From Octopus bimaculoides (Eukaryota), in NCBI RefSeq assembly GCF_001194135.2, contig NC_068991.1, positions 54,218,067-54,282,066 of the forward strand: 64,000 nt of DNA. The letters run 5' to 3'. The translations under genes were made by a program, and so were the position numbers. The stretch's first letter is position 1, and every line of letters begins with the position of its first letter. Below the pieces are notes generated by a model. The model was not told where the DNA came from. It saw nothing but the letters and a program-made list of their open reading frames with translations, and did no database searches. Positions 1 to 11,834 of the stretch are shown piece after piece.

Positions 1-295
1 AGAGATGAGTGGGTCTGAAATATCTGAGTGAGGTAGTATGACCACCGCTCCCAGCCAGCTTCGATGAGGAGAGGTAATTGTAACAGCGGTAGAGTTGTAG
101 AAATGACAAAGATTATGAGTAGTGTAGTAGTTGAATAAGGTTGTCTAAATCTGTGTTGACGATGTCAAGAGTAAGTGTTTCTAGGGTTTTTGAAGATGGG
201 TGATCGTTCTGTAAGATGCGGCTTCAGTTGGATTTTTGTTTGTCTTTAAAATTGTTATGATTTTGCAGTTTTTAAGGTTCGAAGGATTTGGCAGT
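1..295 (-). mobile_element. Decayed LINE reverse-transcriptase fragment (Jockey/I-like)
   Basis: Minus strand reads AKIITILKTNKNPTEAASYRTIT, resembling the RT N-terminal block AKIIPIxKxxKxPxxxxSYRPISL, with stops. Confidence 0.55.
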
Positions 296-309
296 GCTTA
301 ATGTTATTT

Positions 310-630
310 GAAGGCGCGTGGCTCAGTGGTTAGAAGTATTCGGTTAACGATCATAAGGTCGTGAATTTGATTCCCTGTGGCGCGTTGTGTACTTGAGCAA
401 GACACTTTATTTCACGTGACTCCAGTCCACCCACCTGACAATAATGAGTAGTACCTGTAGATAAAAGGACCAGCCTTGTCACATTCTGTGTTACACTGAA
501 TCTCTGAGAATTACGTTAAGGGTACGCGTGTCTGTGGAGTGCTCAGCCGCTCGCACGTTAATTTTACGAACAGGCTGTTTCCTTGATCGGATCAACTAGA
601 ACACTCGTCGTCGTAACTAACGGAGTGCCA
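310..630 (+). mobile_element. tRNA-derived SINE (family C, head GAAGGCGCGTGGCTCAGTGG)
   Basis: Pol III A/B-box-like head. Body and tail shared with copies at 872-1047(-), 2620-2776(-) and 5285-5577(-). Confidence 0.85.
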
Positions 631-1816
631 GTTTTCTTTTATTGTTGTTTAGATCCTGATCACTTCTGTTTGTCGATTAGATTAAAGACTTCCAGTCAAG
701 ACTAACTCATATTTTATTTTACCAGGGACCACATTTTCCAACGTTCTTTCTTGTTTTTTTAAATTTTATTTTTGATGATGCAGTTTGGGGATGGTATGAC
801 GACTGTTTCTATCAGTCGTATCTCCTTTGCTGGCACATGCAATGAGCTGTTAAAGATGTTGGTGACACAAAATGTGACAAGGCTAGCGCTTTAAATTACT
901 AGTACAACTCATTTTTGCGAACTGAGCGGACTGAAGTAACATGAAATAAAGTGTCTTGCTCAAAGACACAAAACACTGCCAGGAATTGAACTCACGACCT
1001 CACGATCATACGCCGAATATCCTAATCACTAAACCACGCATCTTCACTGTGATGTTGGTACATTTGTGCTTAAGGCTGCCCATAGTTTTATTAGGTGACT
1101 GTTTTAGTCAGGTAACTCAGTAATATTTTTTAGATTGTTTTGTGGGATATGTTTTTTGAAAGCATTTACAGTTCTGTGGAGAGTAAATGTAAATTTTACG
1201 CTGAAGATGAAGGGAATAACCTGCAAGACCATAGCATTTTGATGACAATAAGCTATCTCGGGATTTAAGGAACGTTATGCTGACTGTAACTTCAAGATTC
1301 GTATTTTTCATAGTTATACTGTTTACGAAATTGTTGTCAAATTAGAAATATACATAATTCGTAATCTATTAAGCAAAATACAAGCTTATGATTAAAATCG
1401 AAAATACAAGGGCGGGAATATAATAAATTATTAGATTATCATATTTGTCAAGCTAATTAATTAATAGTAAGTTTTGGACTTTGCTGCTGTCGAAGTAATT
1501 ATCGATCATGACACGAAAGCATATTAGTAATACTAATTATTTTATTAACCAGATACTACCTTCATATTATCCTCTAATACTTAAACTAGCGTCTCCCCGA
1601 TTAAATATCTTTGTTTTTATTTATAATCTTCTTTTCTGAAAATTCTGTTATAATTTTCTGTTAGATATCTGTGGTAATTGTTTTCCGATTCCATTTCATA
1701 ATTACATTGATTCAATTTTCTTCTCCAGTTTATATTTATACTCAAAACCGCAGCTACACCACTTGTAAAGTAGTTGTAAAAACCAGTCTCTATAGCTTTT
1801 AGACTCTTACTAAACA

Positions 1817-2092
1817 ATGTCTTCAACTGATGTTACTCTTGATGTTCCAGAACCTGAGAGGAAGAAATCCTCAAAAGCCAAAATAGTTGGACTCAAAAAG
1901 AAAGCTCCACCATCGATGATCCAGATTATTTCCTTAAAATTTCTGCTCATCTCCTTATATGTTGGATTCGAATTTGGTCTGGCATTCTTCCTCGGTATTT
2001 ATTACGTATTCCTATGGGAACCGGTTCGAGGAAATTACAGCAGACATCACATTTATATCGGACACAAATCTCCAGTTTTTCACCCAAATTGA
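1817..2092 (+). CDS. inaF-like: InaF-motif single-pass membrane microprotein, paralog 1 (91 aa)
   Basis: ATG with A at -3 (aaacaATG). Basic N-terminus, then KFLLISLYVGFEFGLAFFLGIYYVFLWEP, matching the spacing of the InaF/INAFM helix as I recall it (R/K-x6-Y-x7-A-x5-YY-x2-lW-x-P). Against paralog 2, the 17 codons for FGLAFFLGIYYVFLWEP show 10 synonymous and 0 amino-acid differences. Confidence 0.85.
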   Translation: MSSTDVTLDVPEPERKKSSKAKIVGLKKKAPPSMIQIISLKFLLISLYVGFEFGLAFFLGIYYVFLWEPVRGNYSRHHIYIGHKSPVFHPN

Positions 2093-3112
2093 TCCCATGA
2101 CTTCACTTAGGAACAGATGTTTGATTTACAAGTATGTACACTTGTTTACATGTATTCATTGTTCTATTTATGCTCTGTTATATTTTCATTTAAAAGTCTA
2201 CAATTCTTCATAAATATACTTCACGTGACAGGCAGCCTTTTGCTCACATATCAACTTTCTTTTAGCCTAGGTAATATTGTGACTTAAATGTACAATTTTT
2301 TCTGCTTGAATATAGAATATAATCTTTAATATTTAAAGGTTATATGTTCTCTTGATATTAATAGTAATTTGTATTATATTTCATTATAAATCTATGATTA
2401 TTAACTCACATTTCGATTATAACCAATCAGTTGTTTGGAATTGTTGCCTGTAGATGAAGGGACAATGTCAAAGATCTTTCTAGTTTGTCAGGTTGATGAA
2501 ATGGTTGCGCTTGATATTTAGCTAGGACATGTGTAGGTCGTCGCTGTCGTCGTCGTTGTCATCATCATCCTCTGGACATGGTGTTTTGTCCTAGGACTCA
2601 TAGGTCCTGTTGCACAGTTTCCGTGGCTTATAAGCGACCGAGATCACAACATTCCCCTGAACAGGCTTTCAGTCCGTTGCATGGTTACTCATTTACAGCT
2701 GAATGAACTGAGAATTGAAATTACGACCTTGTGATTGTGAGTGCAACACTCTGACCACTAGGCCACACGCCTTCACTTAGGTTGATCGATTCATATAGAA
2801 ATACGTGAAAAGTGTGAAAATTCCAGAAATTTACCCTCTGTTGATCAAATATTAAGTAAAAAGTGTTTAATGCGAACTTTGATAGGAGATAAGAACAATA
2901 TGAAAGAGAATCTGTGTGGCATACAGCTTACAAGTTCTTAGAAGTTACTAGTTCTTAGAGTTCCGTAGAAGAGGTCGAAGAAGCAGAATGTCCATGAGTT
3001 AGTGCTTTTAGAGCACTTGAGCTTTGTTAGTTTAATTTCTTTCTATTTTGGTGTGGTCAACGATATTCATTTAATGTTGCTCTCTGTATATGAAGAATTT
3101 GGACCTTGTCCT

Positions 3113-3704
3113 ACTTCAGTAATTATTACTTAGATTAGCTCTCATCTTTTGGATCAAAAGTATCCTCTCAGACTGTTCCCTCAAAGTGTGTACTCCTGAG
3201 ACACACACACACACACACCCACACACACACACACACCCACACACACACACACACACACTCTCTCTCTCTCTCTCTCTCTCTCTAACCCACACTTTATCTA
3301 CTCTATACAACTCTAGCAACAGCGCCAAATCATATGTTTTGGCGCTGTTGCTAGAGTTGTATAGAGTAACAGACAAAATGTCTATGGAAGAGTATAGAAG
3401 ACTTATTCATCTTTTATTTTAATGGTTCTGTTGATAGGTGTAGTGAAAATCTGATCTGATATGTCTAAGTCGTGGATCAGGTCCGCATAAGTATGGTTAA
3501 GAAGTGGAGAGTGTTATCCTCAGCTAGAGTTGTATAGAGTAAAAGGCTAAATGTCATCAGTATACAGAAGAGTATAGAAGACTTATTCATCTCTGAAACA
3601 TAGTAGAGTTGATAGAGTGCGGATTAGAGAGAGAGTCTCAATAGTACACACTTCGAAGGAACAGTCTGAGAGGAAACTTTTGATCCAGATAAAAATTACT
3701 GAAG
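3113..3704. mobile_element. Foldback/MITE-like element with an internal perfect hairpin
   Basis: Outer imperfect inverted arms 3113-3200 and 3635-3704. Inner perfect 30-bp arms 3300-3329 and 3338-3367. Internal direct repeat 3351-3412 and 3524-3592. (CA)n(CT)n tract inside. Confidence 0.75.
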
Positions 3705-5284
3705 TTAGACAAGGTTCAAATTTTTTTGATACCGTGAACAACATTGATTTCACTGAATTTCCCCAGAACGAAAGACCAGAAGTATGTGAGAAAGAGTCAC
3801 GTATATCTATGTTCTTTAATTATTGAAATTTGAATGGAACAAATACAGATAGAACAAAGAAAGGTAGATATAAAAGTATGTAACTCGTTTTCGTACCAAC
3901 ATAGACTGCAAGTATAAATATTTACATATTGGCACAAACATACTTACGCATATGCATTTACACACATACAATCACACATGCACACATTTATATATATCAT
4001 GTATATATATATATATATATATATACACATGCATACATGCACATACACTCTCACATACATCGTAAATTTGTAGATTTGTTAATATATATATATATATATA
4101 TATAGGCGAAAGAAACAAATAAACAAATGCGTTTATAAATAGAAACAAAAGAATGGTAGAAAATGAATTATCAATAAATGTTCAGAGGATCGTGAAATGA
4201 TCAGAGTTCGGATAAACATTTCCTCTCTTTTCATTGAGAGAATGAAAGAAGCGCAATTTCACCTGGCTCTCAAATTTTATGTGGAATGTAAAGAACTGTG
4301 GAATAAGTAACTCCACAACAAGTGGGCGAGGTAGCAAGTGCAATTCATGCACGATGGAAAACACAAAATAATATATCGACTAACATATCTTTTTTTCTTG
4401 TTCACATACAAAATCTTACAGAAACAATCCTAATCAGCAGTATTCTAACTACACCTGGTTACCTGCCATACCCCTAACCCTGTTTTCCTCTAACTCTGTA
4501 TTAAGATGCCAACCAGACTCTACAGCAGCCCCAACAACTACATTTTGAGGATGACAATTTCTCCTATCAGCTTTTTTCTAACATCTTTTTGACTTTTGCT
4601 CTTTTACGTATTTTCTTACCTCCTATTTTATTTCATGTAACAATACTCAGAACCCTGAAACAATACCACAACCCCTCACCTCTTAGAATCTCTGATTGTA
4701 CTCAAGCGACTTCCCACTCTATATGAAAATGAAAGCACCCACTCCACCATATAGCCAGGCGTTCTCAGTTCATGCTGCTATACAACGAGAGAGAAAGTTA
4801 TAAACTCTCGGCGGTACATTTCAGAGTCAACTTACCACACGGCTGTGTGGTGTCCAAGTTACATTCATTCAAACACAAACTGTATAACAGTACACTACAC
4901 CAATTTCATCAAATAGCCGTGTCCTGTCTTCTTTACAATGACGCATAAACTCTTTTGCGACTGCTAATCGTTGCATCACAATAAATAACACACGTTTTTA
5001 AAAAATACCATTTTAACAAGGCTTGAGGCTATTGTAGCGTAAGGGACTACAAAGGAGGAAAACAAATTCAAAAGACACCAATTGACAGAGGGGCTTAAAG
5101 AACTGAATATCATAGATTAGAGGAAAACTAACGATTGTAGGGAGTCCCAGAGAGCAAAGAGGAAAGCTATTTAGAATACAAAGGGGTAGAATACACAAAC
5201 CGGTTTCCGGACTTCTACCATACAATGAGGCATAAGCGATCATGAGTTCTAATCGTTGGCCCTCAGTGGATAATTCTACCTTAC

Positions 5285-5577
5285 TCCATCGGCTTCGACG
5301 ACGAGCGTTCCAGTCGACCCGATCAACGGAACAGCCTGCTCGTGAAACTAACGTGCAAGTTGCTGAGCACTCCACAAACACGTGTACCCTTAATCTCAGG
5401 GAGATTCAAAGGCTGGCCCTTTGAAATACAGGCACTTACTCACTTTAGCCAGCTGAGTGAACTAGAACAACGTGAAACAAAGTGTCTTGCTCAAGGACAC
5501 AATGCGACGCCGGCCATAGAATTCACGGTCTTACGATCGTGAGCCGAGTACCCTAATCGCTGAGCACGCGCCTTCAC
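5285..5577 (-). mobile_element. tRNA-derived SINE (family C)
   Basis: Reverse complement of the 310-630 family. Head ends cacgcgccttcac on +. Confidence 0.85.
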
Positions 5578-5611
5578 ACCTTACTATATATATATTTATG
5601 TAGTATCTATA

Positions 5612-5840
5612 CGACGGTTGTCAGAATCGTTAGCACACCAAGCGAAATGCTGAGCGGTATTTCGGCTGCCGTTACGTTCTGAGTTCAAATTCCGCCGAGG
5701 TTGACTTTGCCTTTCATCCTTTCGGGGTCGATTAAATAAGTACTAGTTATGCTCTGGGGTCGATGTGATCGACTTAATCCCCGTGCCTGTCTTTGTTTGT
5801 CTCATCTGTGTTTAGCCCCCTGTGGGCAATAAAGAAATAA
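5612..5840 (+). mobile_element. tRNA-derived SINE (family A, GGCGGCGAGCTGGCAGAATCGTTAGCAC...GTTCAAATTCCGCCGAGGTCGAC)
   Basis: Most abundant repeat in the window. Other copies near 6367, 9490(-), 11195(-), 12630(-), 13659, 13884, 22438, 25735, 25966, 28150(-), 33275, 33728, 36068(-), 51781, 52060(-), 59900(-) and 60700(-). Confidence 0.9.
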
Positions 5841-6645
5841 ACAGTGGATTGACTTCCTTGTAAAATCAACTTGAGTTATTTCCCTTGGTGTAAGCCTGCA
5901 ATCTCAGAAAACAGATGACATTTGTAAACGATACATTTATAATGATGAAGAATTAGAAGCGTTTTGCAGTGGAATTACTCTTAATTGTACGTCTACGAGA
6001 AATATTCTTTCTGGTACAGTTTGCATAAACAAAAGAAATAATTAGCAGCAGACAATTTCAGAGAGAATTTTTCAGTAGTTATGTCCATATATCAGATTGT
6101 TCAATAAAGGCAGAAGTTTCCTTTGAGAAAAATCTTACAAGAGTGAACTAGCAATGATAACGGTTGTACTGGATTATTTCCCTTGTTGTATATTAATAAG
6201 GCCAATATTAGTTGTTGCCCTTGACGCAAGTCAATAATCTCCGACAAAGATAGCGTTTATAGACACTGCTTGTGTCCAATGGTGAGGCCTTTCACGCATA
6301 TCAAAAATGCAGTGAGACATTAACAACATTGCAGGGCATAACCACTCGTGGAATGGAAACTACTCCTTAAGGCTGCGAGCTGACAGGAACGTTAGCGCGC
6401 CGGGCGAAATGCTTTGTGGTATTTCGGCTGCCGCTACGTTCTGAGTTCAAATTCCGCCGAGGTTGACTTTGCCTTTCATCCTTTCGGAGTCGATTAAATT
6501 AGTACGAGTTACGCACTGGGATCGATATAATCGACTTAATCAGTTTGTCTGTCCTTGTTTGTCCCCTTTATGTTTAGCCCCTTGTAGGCAATAAAGAAAT
6601 AGGAAACTACTCCCCAAAACTCCTATAATGACCTTTGGGAATTCT

Positions 6646-7337
6646 TACAGATGTGTGCCCCACCACCTTCGTTTGTCTCCTAATGACTTCCAGAAAAATG
6701 GATATTTTCTAATGAAATTTTCTAGAAATACGCTCTACATGGTGTAGATTCTGCTTATATCGGAATATGTGGTGAAAAAATATTTTCCCGAGGATGGGGT
6801 GCAGAGTTTCGGAAAATTCACATTACATTCAGAAAAATGGGTAATTTCTTAATTACATTTTCTATAAATGATTTTTAGAGTATGTGGATTACAATTGCAA
6901 TTATATCTGAACTTAATATGAAAGAAAATATTTGGTGAACTCGTACACATACATACTGACACACGTCACATAGATCTACAATATGAAGCTTGAAATTTCG
7001 AAAAAGATTGTGAAGTCAGTATATATGCATGAGTGGTAACTATTTTTCTTTTCGCATCAAATTCCGATATAATCGCAATTTACACACTGGCAAAAAGTAT
7101 TTGTAGAAAATTTCATTAAAAATTACCCAGTTTTCTGAAAGCTATGAGAAAACAAAGCCAACCAGTGTGAATATTCCGAAACTCATTTTCCCACCCATAG
7201 AAAAATCTTTTTACAACAAATTCCGATATAATCGGAATCTACGACATCTGAAGTGTATTTGTAGAAAATTTCATAAAAAAATATCCATTTTCCGGAAGTT
7301 ATGAGGAAACAAAGGAAAGGGTTAGTACACATCTGTA
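6646..7337. mobile_element. Foldback-like element with long modular inverted arms
   Basis: Termini tacagatgtgt and acacatctgta. Imperfect inverted arms of about 290 bp, each built from two ~150-bp subrepeats (aatgaaattttctacaaatac...ttatatcggaat). Confidence 0.75.
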
Positions 7338-7487
7338 GGGATGCTGAACTTTCAATATCTGTTCATTATTCATTACACAGTTAATTATTTTCGCTAATTC
7401 ATTTGATCATTGATCTATGCAATTGATCATTGATCTACGCATTTGATCATTAATATACGATTGAATATAAGAGTATACTTAAAGACA

Positions 7488-7869
7488 GTGGAGGCGCAAT
7501 GGCCCAGTGGTTAGGGCAGCGGATTCGCGGTCATAGGATCGCGGTTTCGATTCCAAGACCGGGCGTTGTGAGTGTTTATTGAGCGAAAACACCTAAAGCT
7601 CCACGAGGCTCCGGCAGGGGATGGTGGCGAACCCTGCTGTATTCTTTCACCACAACTTTCTCTCACTCTTACTTCCTGTTTCTGTTGTGCCTGTAATTCA
7701 AAGGGTCAGCCTTGTCACACTGTGTCCCGCTGAATATCCCCGAGAACTACGTTAAGGGTACACGTGTCTGTGGAGTGCTCAGCTACTTGCACGTTAATTT
7801 CACGTGTAGGCTGTTCCGTTGATCGGATCAACTGGAACCCTCGACGTCGTAAGCGACGGAGTGCCAACA
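7488..7869 (+). mobile_element. Full-length tRNA-derived SINE (family B) with an 11-bp target-site duplication
   Basis: TSD acttaaagaca at 7477-7487 and 7870-7880. A second copy lies at 30479-30736 and runs into a gap. Confidence 0.9.
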
Positions 7870-8226
7870 ACTTAAAGACAATATGAGTGTGTGTGTGTAT
7901 GTGTGTGTGTGTCTGTATGTGCATGTTTGTGCACTCGTATGTATTCTTGTGCATAAACATGTACATACGTATGTGTGGGTGCGCGCGCGCGTATTTGTGT
8001 ATGTGCGTGTGTGCATATTTGTGTATGTGCGTGTGTATATATGTATAAAATATAAGAAAAAGAAAATGGAATTCCCGAGACACTTCGTTATTCAAAATAA
8101 AGGGTCTCGCGAATTACATTTTCTTTCTCTCGTATTCTATAAAATCTACGGACACGAAGGAATTCTTGAGGTAAACCCAGTGGCATTTACATTCATATTG
8201 TCGATGACATCAGGTAACCGAATACG

Positions 8227-8267
<41 letters not shown>

Positions 8268-8742
8268 NNNNNNNNNNNNNNNNNNNNNNNNNNNNNNNNN
8301 NNNNNNNNNNNNNNNNNNNNNNNNNNNNNNNNNNNNNNNNNNNNNNNNNNNNNNNNNNNNNNNNNNNNNNNNNNNNNNNNNNNNNNNNNNNNNNNNNNNN
8401 NNNNNNNNNNNNNNNNNNNNNNNNNNNNNNNNNNNNNNNNNNNNNNNNNNNNNNNNNNNNNNNNNNNNNNNNNNNNNNNNNNNNNNNNNNNNNNNNNNNN
8501 NNNNNNNNNNNNNNNNNNNNNNNNNNNNNNNNNNNNNNNNNNNNNNNNNNNNNNNNNNNNNNNNNNNNNNNNNNNNNNNNNNNNNNNNNNNNNNNNNNNN
8601 NNNNNNNNNNNNNNNNNNNNNNNNNNNNNNNNNNNNNNNNNNNNNNNNNNNNNNNNNNNNNNNNNNNNNNNNNNNNNNNNNNNNNNNNNNNNNNNNNNNN
8701 NNNNNNNNNNNNNNNNNNNNNNNNNNNNNNNNNNNNNNNNNN

Positions 8743-8791
<49 letters not shown>

Positions 8792-9222
8792 TAGATGTGA
8801 CAAGGGCAGGGGTCACCAACAGGGGTCCGAGGGACCCTCTAGGGGTCGGCGAGGAATTACAGGGGGTCGATGATAACCAAGGGGTCGAATGGGGGTCGAT
8901 GTGCGAAAGATCAGTTCACCCAGATGAACTGCTTGAAATACTTAACGCCACGAAAGGTGGGAAAACATGAGGCGTTTTTCACATTTTCTAATTGTGAAAA
9001 CAATTTCATAAAAATTGTAAGTTTAATACTGTATACTCGTACATGTAGTTTTAAATGTAATAAGTGTGTCATCTTCAATAGAATTTCTTAATTTATCGTG
9101 CATGTATATTTTAGCTAACATTTTAATTGGCAGCATCAGTACCCGATACGCATTTAAGATATGGTAAAGTAGGGTAGGGTATTCAGATATTTTAAATGAG
9201 GAAGGTGTTTGATGCAGAAGAA

Positions 9223-9440
9223 GTGGCTAAAGGGGATTAAAAAATACCTACATTGCTAGAAATAAGAGCTAAAACTTACAGGGACTATAATTGTCAGAAA
9301 AATATCGACCGGTCGGTATTTTTCAGACAACTATGGTCTCTGTCAATGTATATGTTTTCATTCAGGTGCGTTAACTACAGCATTAGAGCATTTTATCTCT
9401 TATTTCTAGCAATGTAGGTGGTTTTTAACACCCTAGTCAC
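9223..9440. mobile_element. Palindromic MITE-like hairpin element
   Basis: Zero-spacer centre gacc|ggtc at 9310/9311 with 33-bp arms (5 mismatches). Outer arms tacctacattgctagaaataagag and ctcttatttctagcaatgtaggt. Confidence 0.7.
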
Positions 9441-11500
9441 ATTTAGTGACAATTATAATTCACCTATTTAGTGAAACATTGCAATCTGTTGTTTACATTT
9501 TGGGGCAGGGGACTAGTCGATTACATCGACCCCAGTGTTTCACTGGTACTTAATTCATCAACTCCGAAAGAATAAAAGACAAAGTCGACCTCGATGGCAT
9601 TTGAACTCAGATCATAAAATCGGATGAAATGTCGCTAAGCATTTTGCCCGGCGTGCTAACGATTCTGTCTGCTCACCGCCTTTGGCTGCCTTAATAATAG
9701 TAACAGTAATATCCAGTTTGCATCCTTTTTTTCCACCTCTCGCCAGACTTGACAAACTTCCAGACAAATGTCCATTGTCGTGTTGACCAAAAACTCTCAC
9801 GTAGCAGTGAGACATAGTTCAAAAGAAATTACAATATGTAGCTTCTGGTGTTCATAAACCACGACGACTTCAATAAGTAGTTCGTTTTCCTCGCTTAGGT
9901 TTATCAGAGGCTGGACTGCATACACGTACCTCGGTTAGAACTGGAGAGGGCCAATCTGAACAGTTTTGGTTTGAATCTCGATCGACCGCAGCAATAAATA
10001 TCTTTTAGAGAAGCATAAAATCCTTGGACAAGTTGTCAGCAAATATTCGTAAATCAAAGGTAGCTTCAGACACACCGATAGTAATTACCTCATACTTGGC
10101 GTACCTTTCTTTGTTTTTCTTTTGAATGGAATGTCTATCTCTGTTGGCTTCTGCTCTGGTCCTTCTTGGTCATATGGTTCTCGCTGTTGTTTTTGTTCTC
10201 GTTGTTGCTGCTACTGCCGTGGATAACTTACATTGTCATCGCCAGTTGTGTGTTGGAGAAAATAGTTTGGAAACTTCATGAATCACTTCTGACAATGAGG
10301 ACAGGTTATTTTTTTTATTTTTGCCAATTCGACAGTTATATCTGATGTTGCCTTATAACCGTCAATCGCCACGATTTATTGTTGTTGTTGGTAGTGGTGG
10401 TAGTGCAATTGTTGTTGCTGCTGCTGCAGTTGTTTTTGAAGTCTTTCTGTGCAATTTAAACCGCCATTTGCTCTTACTGCTACATATTTAGTCACTGAAC
10501 CATCTGCCTTCGATGCTGAATTTTAAGGCTTTTCCCTCCGCATCCATCCTTTAAACCAAAATTTACTCTGGCACTGACTGCATTCCGTTGTGGTGCTACA
10601 AAAGTGAACATTATTCAAGGGTTGTTGTTTTCACCGATGTCCCTGACGGTGATCCATGTCTCCCTACTTCCTAAATATTATTGAACTAATTTACGGGTCA
10701 GTGTGTCACGGATAAATTCGGATTGCATTTAAGCCAAATCTCCTTTTAAAGCTCACACATATGGTGCCACGTGCTCTCCCTTTCCTAATAATGATTTCAC
10801 CGAAAATATCTGCTAGAGCTGTTTCCAGGGCTTCTTTCGATGGAATGCAAAAAGGCCCCGTGGCCTTAGCAAAACAGAAGTAAGTTACTCTTCTCCTCTC
10901 GCTCCTCTCTCAAATAAGCTGTGATAGGCTGCACCTGTCTGGGGCACAAAATCACATCTGGCTTTAGTTCTTTCAGAAAAATGTACAATATCGAGTTGTT
11001 TGCTCGAAGGAACGTTTGCCAAAGATAACGTTTCCTTACTCATATTTACATTTGACATAGTATATGTTTGTGTACTGTTGTTGTTGTTGTTGCCGTCGTA
11101 GGTGGTGGTGGTGTTGCAGCTACAAAAGCAGCAGCAGCAGCAGCAGCAACTACAACAACAGCAACAATAACAACAACAACAACAACAACAGCAATGGTTT
11201 CAAATTTTGGCACAATGCCAGTACATTCAGGGAAAGGGCTAGTCGATTAAATCAATCTCAGTGCTCAACTGGTACTTATTTTATCGACCTCAAAAAGATG
11301 AAAGGCAGATTCATCAGATTCGGCGGAATTTGAACTCGGAACGTAAATGTTGTTAAGAATTTTGCCCGTCATGCTAACAATTCTGCCAGTTCATCACCTT
11401 TTCCTCCTCCTCCTTCTACTAATACTAATTCAAATTATGATGAACGTAAACAAACAAACGAAGTTTGCTTTAGAAGCGTTGAGATGTCTTAGAAAGTTAA

Positions 11501-11834
11501 AGAAGTGATTTTAAATTCTCAAACGCAGGAAAATGCCAATAATATAGCCTGAACAGGTTAAGCTACTCCTATTTTGCAGAAAAAAGTGTTGGCGGCCAGC
11601 TATGAGACTCGAACCCACACCTCTGTGATTACGCGTCGCGGTGCTCTCTTTACCATTAAGGTAAACTGCTCTCATCACAAATTCTTCTGCAAATTTAAGT
11701 TGTATAGAAATCTCGCTTTATGAGACGCTATCATACATCAAATTCAACACTTTTTCTGCAAAATAGGGGTAGCTTATCCTGTTCAGGCTATATTATTAGC
11801 ATTATCCTGCGTTTGAGAATTTAAAATCACTTCT
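11501..11834. mobile_element. Non-autonomous TIR element (Kolobok-like TTAA|AG start) enclosing a tRNA-like cassette
   Basis: TIRs of about 90 bp at 11501-11591 and 11745-11834 (4 mismatches, 1 indel). TTAA at the left flank. Minus-strand A-box/B-box (GGTTCGAGTC) at about 11593-11673. Confidence 0.75.

Noticed and set aside
4440-4800. Possible decayed RT (FEDD) or Penelope-like (LLESL) remnant
   Set aside because: The two readings conflict and each rests on a few residues.
8807-8969. hAT/Charlie-like start CAGGGGTCACCAAC
   Set aside because: The matching right end is very degenerate and there is no 8-bp TSD.
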